Origin: Gammaproteobacteria bacterium
Lineage (GTDB): Bacteria > Pseudomonadota > Gammaproteobacteria > Pseudomonadales > Azotimanducaceae
Direction: 5' to 3'
Length of the DNA stretch: 64,000 bases
Assembly (NCBI GenBank): GCA_042091155.1
Contig: JBELHZ010000006.1
Span: 9,071 to 73,070 of the forward strand
How positions within the stretch are numbered: position 1 is the stretch's first letter; each line of letters starts with the position of its first letter. Position numbers and translations under genes: made by a program. Below are positions 15,918-24,882 of the stretch, piece by piece. Under the pieces are notes generated by a model. That model had not been told where the DNA came from and ran no database searches. It saw only the letters and a program-made list of their open reading frames with translations.

Positions 15918-18191
15918 CTATACCTCTTCTGCATCAGGAATGATGACTTCGTCCCCATCCCCATTAATCGAAAACGCCAACAACGTCAGATCGTCTCGAT
16001 ACGGCGCACCACCTCGGTAGAGGTCGACATTTGTCATAATATTGCTCACCAACCCCTCGGGTGTGTTTTGAGGAGCATTCTGAAGCGTCCTGAGTACCCG
16101 ACGACGACCGAATGCAATCGGTCGATCTTCTGCGCTCATCACATCCGTAATACCGTCAGTCAGCATCACGAACGCGCCTTGGGGATTGTCCACCGCATGG
16201 GTATTAAACTGAAATGCGCCACCGGATCGAGATGAACCAACGGATTTACGGTCGCCTTTAATTTCTTCAGCGCCCTTCTCGTTAACCCAAAACAGTGAAG
16301 ACTTCGCTCCGGCAAATTCCAGACGACGCTCTTTGCGGTGATAGATGCACACGCCGCCATCAAAGCCTTCGTCAATTTTCTCGTTTGCGTTGTCTTGCTG
16401 ACTCAAGGTCTCCATCACCAAGCCATGGGCCTTGGTCAGGTAGTCGCCGGCGTTTTGTATTTCACGTTCATCAATCGCTCGCTCCAGTACCGAACGCGCG
16501 ATGATCGACAAGAACGCTCCAGGCACACCGTGCCCAGTGCAATCCACAACAGCGATGTAGACGCGGTCAGGCAAGCTGTGCACGAAGTAAATGTCGCCAC
16601 CCACCAGATCCCGTGGCCGCCAATGCACCTTGAACGAAATGTCGCCAGGGTATTGTTTTGGCAGCAGGGCGTTTTGCAGACGCGCTGCGTAGCGGATAGA
16701 GCTGTCTATTTCATCTCTCGTGCGAACCAATTCTTCGGTTCGCGCATTAATCAGCAAGGACACTTCATCTGACATGCGCGAAAAGGCCACACCCATCAGT
16801 TCAATAGACGCACGCTCTTTCGCTGCATCGTCCCCTGATTCGACTTCTGAGCGCATATGCTCGATATCGTTGAGCATCAGATCTTTTGCGCCGCCTTCGA
16901 GTTCTGAGGCTAAGATTTCCATTTTCTCGAACATCAAGTTGTCACGCTCTATTCGGCGGCGCGACCGATCAACGCGCTGGTCTTCAGCTTCCAGCAACTG
17001 TTCACGGTATTGATCGATGGCCCCCGACAAGCGGCCTACTTCGTCTTTGTCCGACGCCAATATTCTGCTGCGCTCAGGCATTTCCAAACTGAGATCGCCT
17101 TGCGCCATTCCCCGAAGCACGTCGATGGCCACTTTAATTTGGCCAAACGCGCCCCAAATCAAACCCAAAATAACGCCAACCACCAAAACAACCGTCGCGA
17201 CAACGCTGGCGTTGGTATTAAAAGTCGTCTGCTGCTGCTGGCCAATACTCTCGCTCTGATCCTTAAAAATCAGCAAACTGATTTCTTCAGCTGTCGCTTG
17301 ATAGCTCAGCGGTATGGACGTAATCGACACGCCCATCTCACTGATGACTTCACTAAACGTGGCATCCGAGGACTCTTCCGCCATCAGCGAGCCTTGCGCA
17401 ACTAACTTACGTAAGTTGGAGACGCCATATTCCGTAGATTCTGATCCGCCATCATCGTAATAGTCATCCAAGCTGATGCTCTTACCATTCGAGCGCACGG
17501 CCAACCGCACCTCAAAGTCTTCGCTGAACAGCTCTAGGTTATCCACCAAATTCTTGCCTACCACGACTAAGGCAACGGCTTCTTCGTCCGCATTGAGTAC
17601 GCCAAACGACAGTGAATCGTTGATCGAAAGGGGCTTATCACCGGTAATATCCGTGATGCGAACAATATTGCGCGTCGGACGCTGAATCGCATCGCGAATG
17701 AAGCTGTCAAAGTTCAGAAAAAAATCTGGCCGGGCAGACTTTCCGCAGGGATCCGCTCCATGCAGGAACAGACCGGACAAGCAGTAGACCTGGCGACCCG
17801 TCGTGGTATAGGCCATCACGAAGCTGATTTCTTCTAGATCAACAGCGTCGGCGAAAAGCGTGTCAAAGTAGGTGCGCGCTAGGTCGGGACGTTCGGACTC
17901 CAGCGCAGCAACGAGCGGATTGGTCTCTCCAGAATCGTCAAAGGCGTTTTCAAACGGGTCCCAAAGCTGCGTGATTTCTGGTGCGCCTAACTCAGGGTCA
18001 AACTGCTCCACCGATCGCTCAAACTGGGCATCCGAAGCCGACAGCCAAGCGGCGCTGTAGGTCTGCGCCAAGGAGTCGGAAGTAAACTGCTGTGAGGCAT
18101 TGTTTAACGTCTGATTGGAAACATAAAAAATGGTAAGGAGAACGGTGAAGCCCGTAATCAGCAAGGCGAGGAGTTTATTGCGTATGGACAT
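15918..18191 (-). CDS. membrane-bound HAMP-domain PP2C/SpoIIE-type phosphatase (SiaA-like)
   Basis: 757 aa: TM, ~300-aa periplasmic region, TM (VVATVVLVVGVILGLIWGAF), HAMP (IDVLRGMAQGDLSLEM...EVGRLSGAIDQY), coiled coil, then a PP2C domain (GGDIYFV...AVVDCTGHGVPGAFLS...MLTDGITD). Confidence 0.85.
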   Translation of the reverse strand: MSIRNKLLALLITGFTVLLTIFYVSNQTLNNASQQFTSDSLAQTYSAAWLSASDAQFERSVEQFDPELGAPEITQLWDPFENAFDDSGETNPLVAALESERPDLARTYFDTLFADAVDLEEISFVMAYTTTGRQVYCLSGLFLHGADPCGKSARPDFFLNFDSFIRDAIQRPTRNIVRITDITGDKPLSINDSLSFGVLNADEEAVALVVVGKNLVDNLELFSEDFEVRLAVRSNGKSISLDDYYDDGGSESTEYGVSNLRKLVAQGSLMAEESSDATFSEVISEMGVSITSIPLSYQATAEEISLLIFKDQSESIGQQQQTTFNTNASVVATVVLVVGVILGLIWGAFGQIKVAIDVLRGMAQGDLSLEMPERSRILASDKDEVGRLSGAIDQYREQLLEAEDQRVDRSRRRIERDNLMFEKMEILASELEGGAKDLMLNDIEHMRSEVESGDDAAKERASIELMGVAFSRMSDEVSLLINARTEELVRTRDEIDSSIRYAARLQNALLPKQYPGDISFKVHWRPRDLVGGDIYFVHSLPDRVYIAVVDCTGHGVPGAFLSIIARSVLERAIDEREIQNAGDYLTKAHGLVMETLSQQDNANEKIDEGFDGGVCIYHRKERRLEFAGAKSSLFWVNEKGAEEIKGDRKSVGSSRSGGAFQFNTHAVDNPQGAFVMLTDGITDVMSAEDRPIAFGRRRVLRTLQNAPQNTPEGLVSNIMTNVDLYRGGAPYRDDLTLLAFSINGDGDEVIIPDAEEV

Positions 18192-18248
18192 TATGATTTT
18201 TGTTCTTGGTTTGTTAGCTGTTCGCGCCGTTAATGGGAAGGTTTATCG

Positions 18249-18641
18249 TTATCCCCCCAATCGATAGGCAACGGTCATCAAAATGTCGTCGACCTGAGTG
18301 ACCTCACCATCGACCTCGAATGGTTTGAACACTAGGGTTTCCATGTAGCGCATCGCCGAGCGATCAAACATACGTCGTGGCTTGGATTCCACAATGACGG
18401 CGCTTATGGCGTTTCCTTCCACATCAACCGAAAACCGCACCAAGACGGAACCGCTGACACCATAGGATTTTGCTCGGCGCGGAAACACCGGCGTGCCTCG
18501 CTCGAGCAGCTCTATCTGAACCTGTCCTACACCGGCGACCTGTCCTTCATAGGTTTCAGCCGTCCATCCAGAGGAAGCACTCAGGGTTAGCAGGGAGAAG
18601 ACAAAGGCTGCGACGACTCTCGATATCATTTTTTCTCTCAA
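18249..18641 (-). CDS. periplasmic stand-alone TonB C-terminal-domain-like protein
   Basis: 130 aa. Signal peptide (VVAAFVFSLLTLSASSG) followed by FPRRAKSYGVSGSVLVRFSVDVEGNAISAVIVESKPRRMFDRSAMRYMETLVFKPF, a TonB_C pattern. No TM anchor or Pro-rich spacer. Confidence 0.6.
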   Translation of the reverse strand: MREKMISRVVAAFVFSLLTLSASSGWTAETYEGQVAGVGQVQIELLERGTPVFPRRAKSYGVSGSVLVRFSVDVEGNAISAVIVESKPRRMFDRSAMRYMETLVFKPFEVDGEVTQVDDILMTVAYRLGG

Positions 18642-18783
18642 ACATTCGTAGTAAAACTTTTTATTGTTGTTGCTCGGGTGTCGCAGACATTAGATCTGCA
18701 CGCTCATCCAGCGCCGGGAATGTTAACCAATAGGTAACGTTCCAGCAAACACTAGAATGCGAGAAATCTGACGGAATATTTAC

Positions 18784-19644
18784 TCAGTTTTGGCCCAAAT
18801 CCGCCGCGCCGAAAGAGCAAACGAACAGCGCCCCAATCAGAACGATGACCCAGACCACGTAGAGCCACAGCAGAAATATGGGCAAAGCAGCAAGCACACC
18901 GTATATCGCGTCGTAGACCAAGTAGCCTGAAAACCAAGCGAACACTTCGAATGCCAACTTAAACACCATCGCTGACAAGAACCCACCAAGCAGCGCGTGC
19001 TTGGTAACAACCGGGGCATTCGGGACGACTTTAAACAAGATACTGAACACTAAAAACAAACAAAGCAGGGGCAGCTCACTCAACAACATTGGCGCAACAC
19101 CGATCACATCCAGTGTGGCCAACAGCGGCAGGGACAGCACGTAGGTCGAGATCCATAATGCCGCGAGCACCAAGCTTGGGCCAACGGTCAGCAATCCCAC
19201 TAGGGACACCAGCCGTCTAAGACTCAAGCGAGGCATGGCCACATGCCAAAGCGTATTAAAGTGACGTTCGATACTCAGCACCAACCCCAAGGCGGTAATC
19301 GTCAGACCGATTAGGCCTAGGGTGGTCAGATCCCCTGCTCTACCGGCAAATTCATTGAGCTTATCCTGCACCGCTGCGGAACTGCTCGGCACAAAATTCT
19401 GGAAAACAAAACGTTCAACCTGGTCCGCCAGCACCTGGAACTCGGGCAAAAAAGCCAAGCCGAGGTACACGATGGTCATCAGCGGAACCAAGGCCAGCAT
19501 GGCGGTAAAGGTCAAAGAGCCGGCTATGGTCAGACAATCGTGTGCAGCGAAGCGCCTAATGACCCAAGCCATCCGCCGCCACAGCAGGCGACCTGACCGG
19601 GCGACCGCGTGCTGTATCGAGTGTTTGGTGTCTTGCTGATTCAA
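18784..19644 (-). CDS. YihY/BrkB family inner-membrane protein
   Basis: 286 aa, polytopic, with N-terminal FAAHDCLTIAGSLTFTAMLALVPL typical of the YihY/virulence factor BrkB family. Confidence 0.85.
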   Translation of the reverse strand: MNQQDTKHSIQHAVARSGRLLWRRMAWVIRRFAAHDCLTIAGSLTFTAMLALVPLMTIVYLGLAFLPEFQVLADQVERFVFQNFVPSSSAAVQDKLNEFAGRAGDLTTLGLIGLTITALGLVLSIERHFNTLWHVAMPRLSLRRLVSLVGLLTVGPSLVLAALWISTYVLSLPLLATLDVIGVAPMLLSELPLLCLFLVFSILFKVVPNAPVVTKHALLGGFLSAMVFKLAFEVFAWFSGYLVYDAIYGVLAALPIFLLWLYVVWVIVLIGALFVCSFGAADLGQN

Positions 19645-19664
19645 TGCCTTTGCGGCTCGGGCGC

Positions 19665-20531
19665 TTAAGGCGTATCGCCGAGTGTTAGCGGCAGCGCATC
19701 ATCTGCCGCCCATTCAGACATTGAGCCATCGTAGACCCCGACGTTTTCTTGTCCGAGCAGCATGCAAGCGAAACCATCCAATGTGGCAGCAATACCGCCA
19801 CCGCAATAGATAAGCGTACGCGGCGCGCTGAGCATACCCTGCGCCTCCAACACCGCCTTAAGCTCAGGCGCCGGCAGAAAAAATTCGTTCTGCAAAATGT
19901 CGGCGAAGTACACTGAGCGGCTGCCCGGGATATGGCCTCTGCGACCGTAGTAAAAATCACCGGTACCCGCATACAACGCAGGCGACAAAGCATTAATCGT
20001 GCAAACCGCTTCGTGCATCCCGCGAGTCATTTCTTCGGTGTTTACGAACAAATCCCGCCTTGGTGAGGGGGTGAACTCAGCGGCAGGATACCGTTCTGCA
20101 TCGCTGCGCGTCGGCAAACCGGCGTCTATCCAGGCAGCCAAATTGCCGTTGAGCACCCTAACGTTGGTGTGGCCTGCGTAACGTAACAGCCACCATGCCC
20201 GGGTTGCCCACATGAGGTGGCTCGAGGAATACAGCACCACCAAATGGTCGTTACCAATACCATCGTTACCAATCGCCTGGGAAAGCGCGGCGATGCCTGG
20301 CAGAGTATTGTTCAGGCCTGAAGTAGTATCCGACCAATCTTCCGTCAGATTAATGAAGGCCGCTCCGGGGATATGTTCTTCAAGATACCGCGCCCGACCC
20401 GGCTCCGAGGTGTAGCCCTGATCCGTGGCATGCAGCAAAACCGATGTATCAAAGACCCGCAGAGACGCATCGTCCATTTGCTCGGCAAGCTCATCGACGC
20501 TGATTAAATATTCAGGATGGTTATAGGACAC
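19665..20531 (-). CDS. two-domain rhodanese sulfurtransferase (thiosulfate/3-mercaptopyruvate type)
   Basis: 288 aa with tandem rhodanese domains and active-site loop YCGGGIAATL. HIPGA motifs are present in both halves. Confidence 0.85.
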   Translation of the reverse strand: MSYNHPEYLISVDELAEQMDDASLRVFDTSVLLHATDQGYTSEPGRARYLEEHIPGAAFINLTEDWSDTTSGLNNTLPGIAALSQAIGNDGIGNDHLVVLYSSSHLMWATRAWWLLRYAGHTNVRVLNGNLAAWIDAGLPTRSDAERYPAAEFTPSPRRDLFVNTEEMTRGMHEAVCTINALSPALYAGTGDFYYGRRGHIPGSRSVYFADILQNEFFLPAPELKAVLEAQGMLSAPRTLIYCGGGIAATLDGFACMLLGQENVGVYDGSMSEWAADDALPLTLGDTP

Positions 20532-20667
20532 TGTGGATTTCCCTTCGACAAAAACGAAACCCTACATTAAGCCCTTTTTTTCATTTGAGAAAAGCACTTC
20601 TTCATCGGCTGCGCATGTTCTACTCTTAGCCGGAGAGCCAGCACAACTGCAACCGGGGAGGGGCGCA

Positions 20668-21897
20668 ATGGAGCAGGAAGTAGAGTTGGGCAACCCACGG
20701 ACAGGTCCACTGACCGGTGTTCGCGTCGCTGACTTCTCAGCCATTTTTTCTGGGCCCATTGCCGGCGCCATGTTGGCCGATCAAGGTGCTGACGTCATCA
20801 AGGTCGAAGCGTTCAGCGGTGACCTGATGCGCAAGGGCTATCCACAAAGCGGTGGTATGGCGAGCGCCTTCACCAGCATGAATCGCAACAAGCGAGGCCT
20901 AAGCGTCGATCTGCAAACGCCTGAAGGCAAAACCATTGCCACCAAGCTCATCCAGTCCGCTGATGTGGTGCTGGAAAATTTCCGCCCCGGGGTGATGGAT
21001 CGCCTCGGCCTTGGCTACGAGGTGTTCAAAGACAGTCACCCCAAGCTGGTTTACGCCTCGATCAATGGCGTTGGCTCTGTTGGTCCCTACGCCAACCGAC
21101 GGGTTTATGACGCCGTTATTCAGGCGATTTCTGGCTTTACCGCATTACGCGTCGATGACAAGCCAGAAATGGTGAACAGCCTGATCTGCGACAAAGTCAC
21201 CTCGTTAACCGCCGCGGAGGCCATTGTGGCCGCTTTATTCAGCGCCGAGCGCACGGGCAAAGGCCAGCGCGTAGAGATCTCCATGCTGGATGCCGCACTG
21301 TCCTTTCTGTGGCCCGACACCATGAACAATTTCACGTTTTTGGATGAAGGCATTGAACCCGTGGCCCCACTCGACCATTCGGTCTTTTTGCACGAAACCA
21401 AGGACGGTTGGATCGCCAGCATGCCCGTTCAGGAAGCGGAATTCTTTGGCATCTTCAGATCCTTGGATCTGCCGGAACTGGTGGAAGATCCGCGATTTCA
21501 AGATGCCGCCGCGCGGTTGGAACACCGTACCGAACTGCGCGCCTTGATGGACGCGGCCTATCCCAAATTCACGACCACAGATCTGTGCGAACGCTTTGAG
21601 TCGGAAGACGTGCCCTACTCCCGCCTCAACAGCCGAGCCGAGGTCATCGACGACCCGCAGATACAGGCCATGGGCGCGTTGCTGAACTACCAACACCCCA
21701 TCGCGGGCCGAGTTCGCGCGCCAAGACCTGCCGCGCAATTTGAACAAACACCAAGCAGCATCTATGCCCACACACCAGAACTGGGAGAGCACTCGGCAGA
21801 GATACTGCGCGAACTGGCCTATGGGCAATCGGAGATAAACCAACTTATCGAGCAAAACATCGTATTTTCGGCTTTCGAGCACAGAGACCCCGGCTAA
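20668..21897 (+). CDS. family III CoA-transferase (CaiB/BaiF family)
   Basis: GPLTGVRVADFSAIFSGPIAGAMLADQGADVIKVE near the N-terminus. 409 aa from the ATG at 20668. Confidence 0.85.
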   Translation: MEQEVELGNPRTGPLTGVRVADFSAIFSGPIAGAMLADQGADVIKVEAFSGDLMRKGYPQSGGMASAFTSMNRNKRGLSVDLQTPEGKTIATKLIQSADVVLENFRPGVMDRLGLGYEVFKDSHPKLVYASINGVGSVGPYANRRVYDAVIQAISGFTALRVDDKPEMVNSLICDKVTSLTAAEAIVAALFSAERTGKGQRVEISMLDAALSFLWPDTMNNFTFLDEGIEPVAPLDHSVFLHETKDGWIASMPVQEAEFFGIFRSLDLPELVEDPRFQDAAARLEHRTELRALMDAAYPKFTTTDLCERFESEDVPYSRLNSRAEVIDDPQIQAMGALLNYQHPIAGRVRAPRPAAQFEQTPSSIYAHTPELGEHSAEILRELAYGQSEINQLIEQNIVFSAFEHRDPG

Positions 21898-21978
21898 AAC
21901 CCGCCTAAAGACGGCTCAATGCCGTCGTGGCAGAATTCGGGATGAAGAGTCAATCACCGCCCTGAGAGGAGGCGCACT

Positions 21979-22533
21979 ATGGAACTAAAGTCACTACTTC
22001 TGGTCATCGCAACCGGACTAGGATTGCTCACCACAAACACAGCGTTAGCAGCGGAAACCTTTCCAGCCAATCTGCCCACCTTTGCCTGTGAAATCAAACC
22101 GCTGACCCGAGACGGTTTAAAAACCGCTAAGGCCAACCGCGAACGTTTTTCTAAGGCCTGTCTGGCCTGTATCGGCGATGAATGCGCCATGCGTATCTGG
22201 CCTGCCGGATTTGAAGACCGAGAAACGCTCTGCAGAAACACGTTTTGCTTACCCAAGAAGGTAAAGCGAATGACGTTCTCTGAGGGCTATAACATGAGCT
22301 ACCGGTACAACTATCGCGTTTCCGCGGACGGTCAGACCACCGTTTTAGACGGTGAGTACCTGGAAGGAGAGCCTAGGGGTGTTACCGGCAAGAAGACGAA
22401 AGAAGAGCATATGGAACTGCTGAACACGTTCGTTTCCCGGGTTGAGTACGAACCCATCATCATCGACGGCAGAGCCAAAGCCTTGATTAATCTAGAAACC
22501 ACCTTTGAAGTTGGCGCAGACTACGAAGAGTAG
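21979..22533 (+). CDS. hypothetical secreted protein: Cys-rich N-terminal half, beta-rich C-terminal half
   Basis: 184 aa. Signal peptide LLLVIATGLGLLTTNTALA, then 7 Cys within ~55 residues. The C-terminal part (YRYNYRVSADGQTTVL...RVEYEPIIIDGRAKALINLETTFEV) is loosely TonB_C-like. Confidence 0.55.
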   Translation: MELKSLLLVIATGLGLLTTNTALAAETFPANLPTFACEIKPLTRDGLKTAKANRERFSKACLACIGDECAMRIWPAGFEDRETLCRNTFCLPKKVKRMTFSEGYNMSYRYNYRVSADGQTTVLDGEYLEGEPRGVTGKKTKEEHMELLNTFVSRVEYEPIIIDGRAKALINLETTFEVGADYEE

Positions 22534-22551
22534 CGCCAACCTCAGGACACC

Positions 22552-22572
22552 GGGCTGCAAGGGTTGCAGCCC
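22552..22572. terminator. perfect 9-bp hairpin GGGCTGCAA-GGG-TTGCAGCCC between convergent genes
   Basis: Seen directly between the stops at 22533 (+) and 22579 (-). No U-tract. Confidence 0.4.
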
Positions 22573-22578
22573 CGCGTA

Positions 22579-24138
22579 CTACTGCACAATACGCGACTGC
22601 CCCTCACCCCAGTACTTGTCCCGCAGCACGCGCTTGTATAGCTTGCCCGTGGGCAACCGAGGCATTTCGTCAATATAATCGATGGACCGCGGTATTTTTT
22701 GCCGCGACAAATGCTCGGCCAAGTATGCCAACAGTTCATCGCTGAACGCATCGTCTCCTAACTGACCGGAGACGGGTTGAATCACGGCCTTGACCTCCTC
22801 GCCTAAGTCCACATTGGGCACGCCAAACACCGCTGCGTCCTCCACTTTTGGATGGGTGATGAGCAAGTCTTCGCATTCTTGAGGATAAATGTTCACGCCT
22901 CCGGAAATGATCATGAAGGTCTTTCGGTCTGTTAAGTACAAAAAGCCGTCTTCATCCACGTAACCTACGTCACCGACCGTGGTCATTTCGCCGTCAGCCG
23001 ACGTGGCCTCCTGTGTCTTTTCCGGGTCATTGTGATACTCGAATTCCGTAGCGGTCTTAAACCACAGTGTCCCGGGTTGGCCCTGAGGCACCGCTTGCAT
23101 CTCATCATCAAGCACCGCCAGTTCACCCAGAACAATTTTCCCCACAGTGCCTTTGTGGGCGAGCCATTCTGGCGTATCGCAGGCGGCAAAACCGAGCCCC
23201 TCGGTCGCGCCGTAATATTCGTGAATGATCGGCCCCCACCAATCGATCATTTGTTCTTTCACCATAACCGGGCAAGGCGCAGCCGCGTGTATGGCGATCT
23301 CCAGCGACGACAAATCGTGGGCCTGTCGCTGAGGTTCCGGCAACTTCAGCATGCGGCTGAACATGGTCGGCACCAGTTGAGAATGGGTGACCTGATAACG
23401 TTCAATCAGCGCCAGATATTCCTGGGGATCGAAACGCTCCATGATGATTACGGTACCGCCATGACGAATGGTCAAATTTACGGCAGCTTGGGGAGCCGAA
23501 TGGTACAGGGGGGCAGGCGAAAGATAGATCATGCCTTCCCGATAACGCCACAGGCCGCCAAGAAAGTCGAACATCGGCAACTGCTCTGCCGGCGGTTGCG
23601 CAGGCAGCGGCCGGATAATGCCCTTCGGGCGGCCAGTGGTACCCGATGAATAGAGCATGGATGTACCCAACAATTCGTCGGCAATCGGTAGCTCCGGGAA
23701 ACTGCTGCAGGCTGAAGCGTAGTCTTGGAATCCCTCGGGCAATTCCATCCCTGCAGCGCCCACCACCAACACCTGCTTGACCGCTGAGCATTGGGCTACC
23801 GCTTCTTGAACCACATCAAGCTTGGCAACGCTGGTGATCAAAATTTGGGATTCAGAGTTGGTCAGTATGTAGGCCAATTCGTCCGCCGTGAGGTAGGAGT
23901 TCACACACGTGTAGTACAGGCCAGCACGCTCTCCAGCCGCGCAAGCTTCCATGTAGCGTTCGTTGTTTTCCATCATGATCGCGTAATGGTCTTGGTGCTG
24001 CAGACCCGCAGATCGCAGCAAATGTGCGAGCCGGTTCGCTCTGGCGTCAAAAGCCGCATAGGTCACGGTTTCGCCGGTACTCGCCATAATAAACGCGGCT
24101 CGCTCAGGGTATTGGTTAGCCTTTGTGTTCGGATACAT
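22579..24138 (-). CDS. AMP-dependent acyl-CoA synthetase/ligase
   Basis: 519 aa with the AMP-binding signature YSSGTTGRPKG, plus YGATE and TGDVGYVDEDGFLYLTDR motifs. Confidence 0.9.
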   Translation of the reverse strand: MYPNTKANQYPERAAFIMASTGETVTYAAFDARANRLAHLLRSAGLQHQDHYAIMMENNERYMEACAAGERAGLYYTCVNSYLTADELAYILTNSESQILITSVAKLDVVQEAVAQCSAVKQVLVVGAAGMELPEGFQDYASACSSFPELPIADELLGTSMLYSSGTTGRPKGIIRPLPAQPPAEQLPMFDFLGGLWRYREGMIYLSPAPLYHSAPQAAVNLTIRHGGTVIIMERFDPQEYLALIERYQVTHSQLVPTMFSRMLKLPEPQRQAHDLSSLEIAIHAAAPCPVMVKEQMIDWWGPIIHEYYGATEGLGFAACDTPEWLAHKGTVGKIVLGELAVLDDEMQAVPQGQPGTLWFKTATEFEYHNDPEKTQEATSADGEMTTVGDVGYVDEDGFLYLTDRKTFMIISGGVNIYPQECEDLLITHPKVEDAAVFGVPNVDLGEEVKAVIQPVSGQLGDDAFSDELLAYLAEHLSRQKIPRSIDYIDEMPRLPTGKLYKRVLRDKYWGEGQSRIVQ

Positions 24139-24282
24139 CGAGATTCCTTTTCCTGTCTTACCACTCTATGGTTCCACAGACACGGGCAAACCAAAAGCGC
24201 GTGAGTGATCGGAAGACAAATCGGAGGATGTCGAATGATGCCCTAGCGCATACACTCGTCGTTTCAAAACCGGGAGAGTTCG

Positions 24283-24762
24283 ATGAAAAAAACCCTTATG
24301 ACACTTGCCTTGGTGGCTGCCGCCAATACAGGTTACGCCCATGACGAGGCCGGCTGCCAGGAAATCAGCAACTTGTTGGCCCGGCTGAGCTGCTACGACG
24401 AAAACCATGGCGGAGTGACGCCAAAGGCCAGTTCAGAACGCAACGACGTTCAAGTGAGCCGCGCGCGAAGCGAACCTACAGTCAATAGCCCAGATGTCGA
24501 CGATTCGTCTTTTGGCCAGATCAGTGGATTGTTCAGTAACAACGACGATTCCACCCTGCAGGCCACCTTGACCGAAATATTCAAGCATCCGAAAAAAATG
24601 ACCCGCCTGTATTTGGATAACGGTCAGATTTGGGGCTTGGTCAAAGAACGCATGATGTCAGCCTCTGCAGGCGATAGCGTCGAAATGAAGCCGGGCACCA
24701 TGGGAGGCTACCGTATGAGCATCAACGGAGGATCGTGGTTTCGAGTGAAACGTCTCAAATAG
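24283..24762 (+). CDS. hypothetical periplasmic protein
   Basis: 159 aa. Signal peptide MKKTLMTLALVAAANTGYA, then C-x11-RLSCYD, a motif I recall from the N-termini of several periplasmic/outer-membrane-associated proteins. No firm family. Confidence 0.55.
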   Translation: MKKTLMTLALVAAANTGYAHDEAGCQEISNLLARLSCYDENHGGVTPKASSERNDVQVSRARSEPTVNSPDVDDSSFGQISGLFSNNDDSTLQATLTEIFKHPKKMTRLYLDNGQIWGLVKERMMSASAGDSVEMKPGTMGGYRMSINGGSWFRVKRLK

Positions 24763-24805
24763 TCATTCACCCCTGACTTCGGCCAGCAACGATCAAATGC
24801 TGAGC

Positions 24806-24838
24806 AAAAAAAAGCCCCGAGCGAATCGGGGCTTTTTC
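24806..24838. terminator. bidirectional rho-independent terminator
   Basis: The sequence is an A-run, AGCCCCGA, GCGAA, TCGGGGCT and then a T-run, between convergent genes ending at 24762 (+) and 24883 (-). Confidence 0.8.
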
Positions 24839-24882
24839 CTTTCTGCGCCCTACGGCGCATCAAGTTGACCTAAGTCATCAGC

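Noticed and set aside
21235-21882. Long antisense ORFs inside strong genes (21235..21882, 23032..23649, 26959..27600, 49998..50660, 52243..52905, 53944..54513, 61200..61877)
   Set aside because: Each overlaps a CDS with clear family motifs on the other strand. None shows recognisable motifs, an RBS or a plausible composition.
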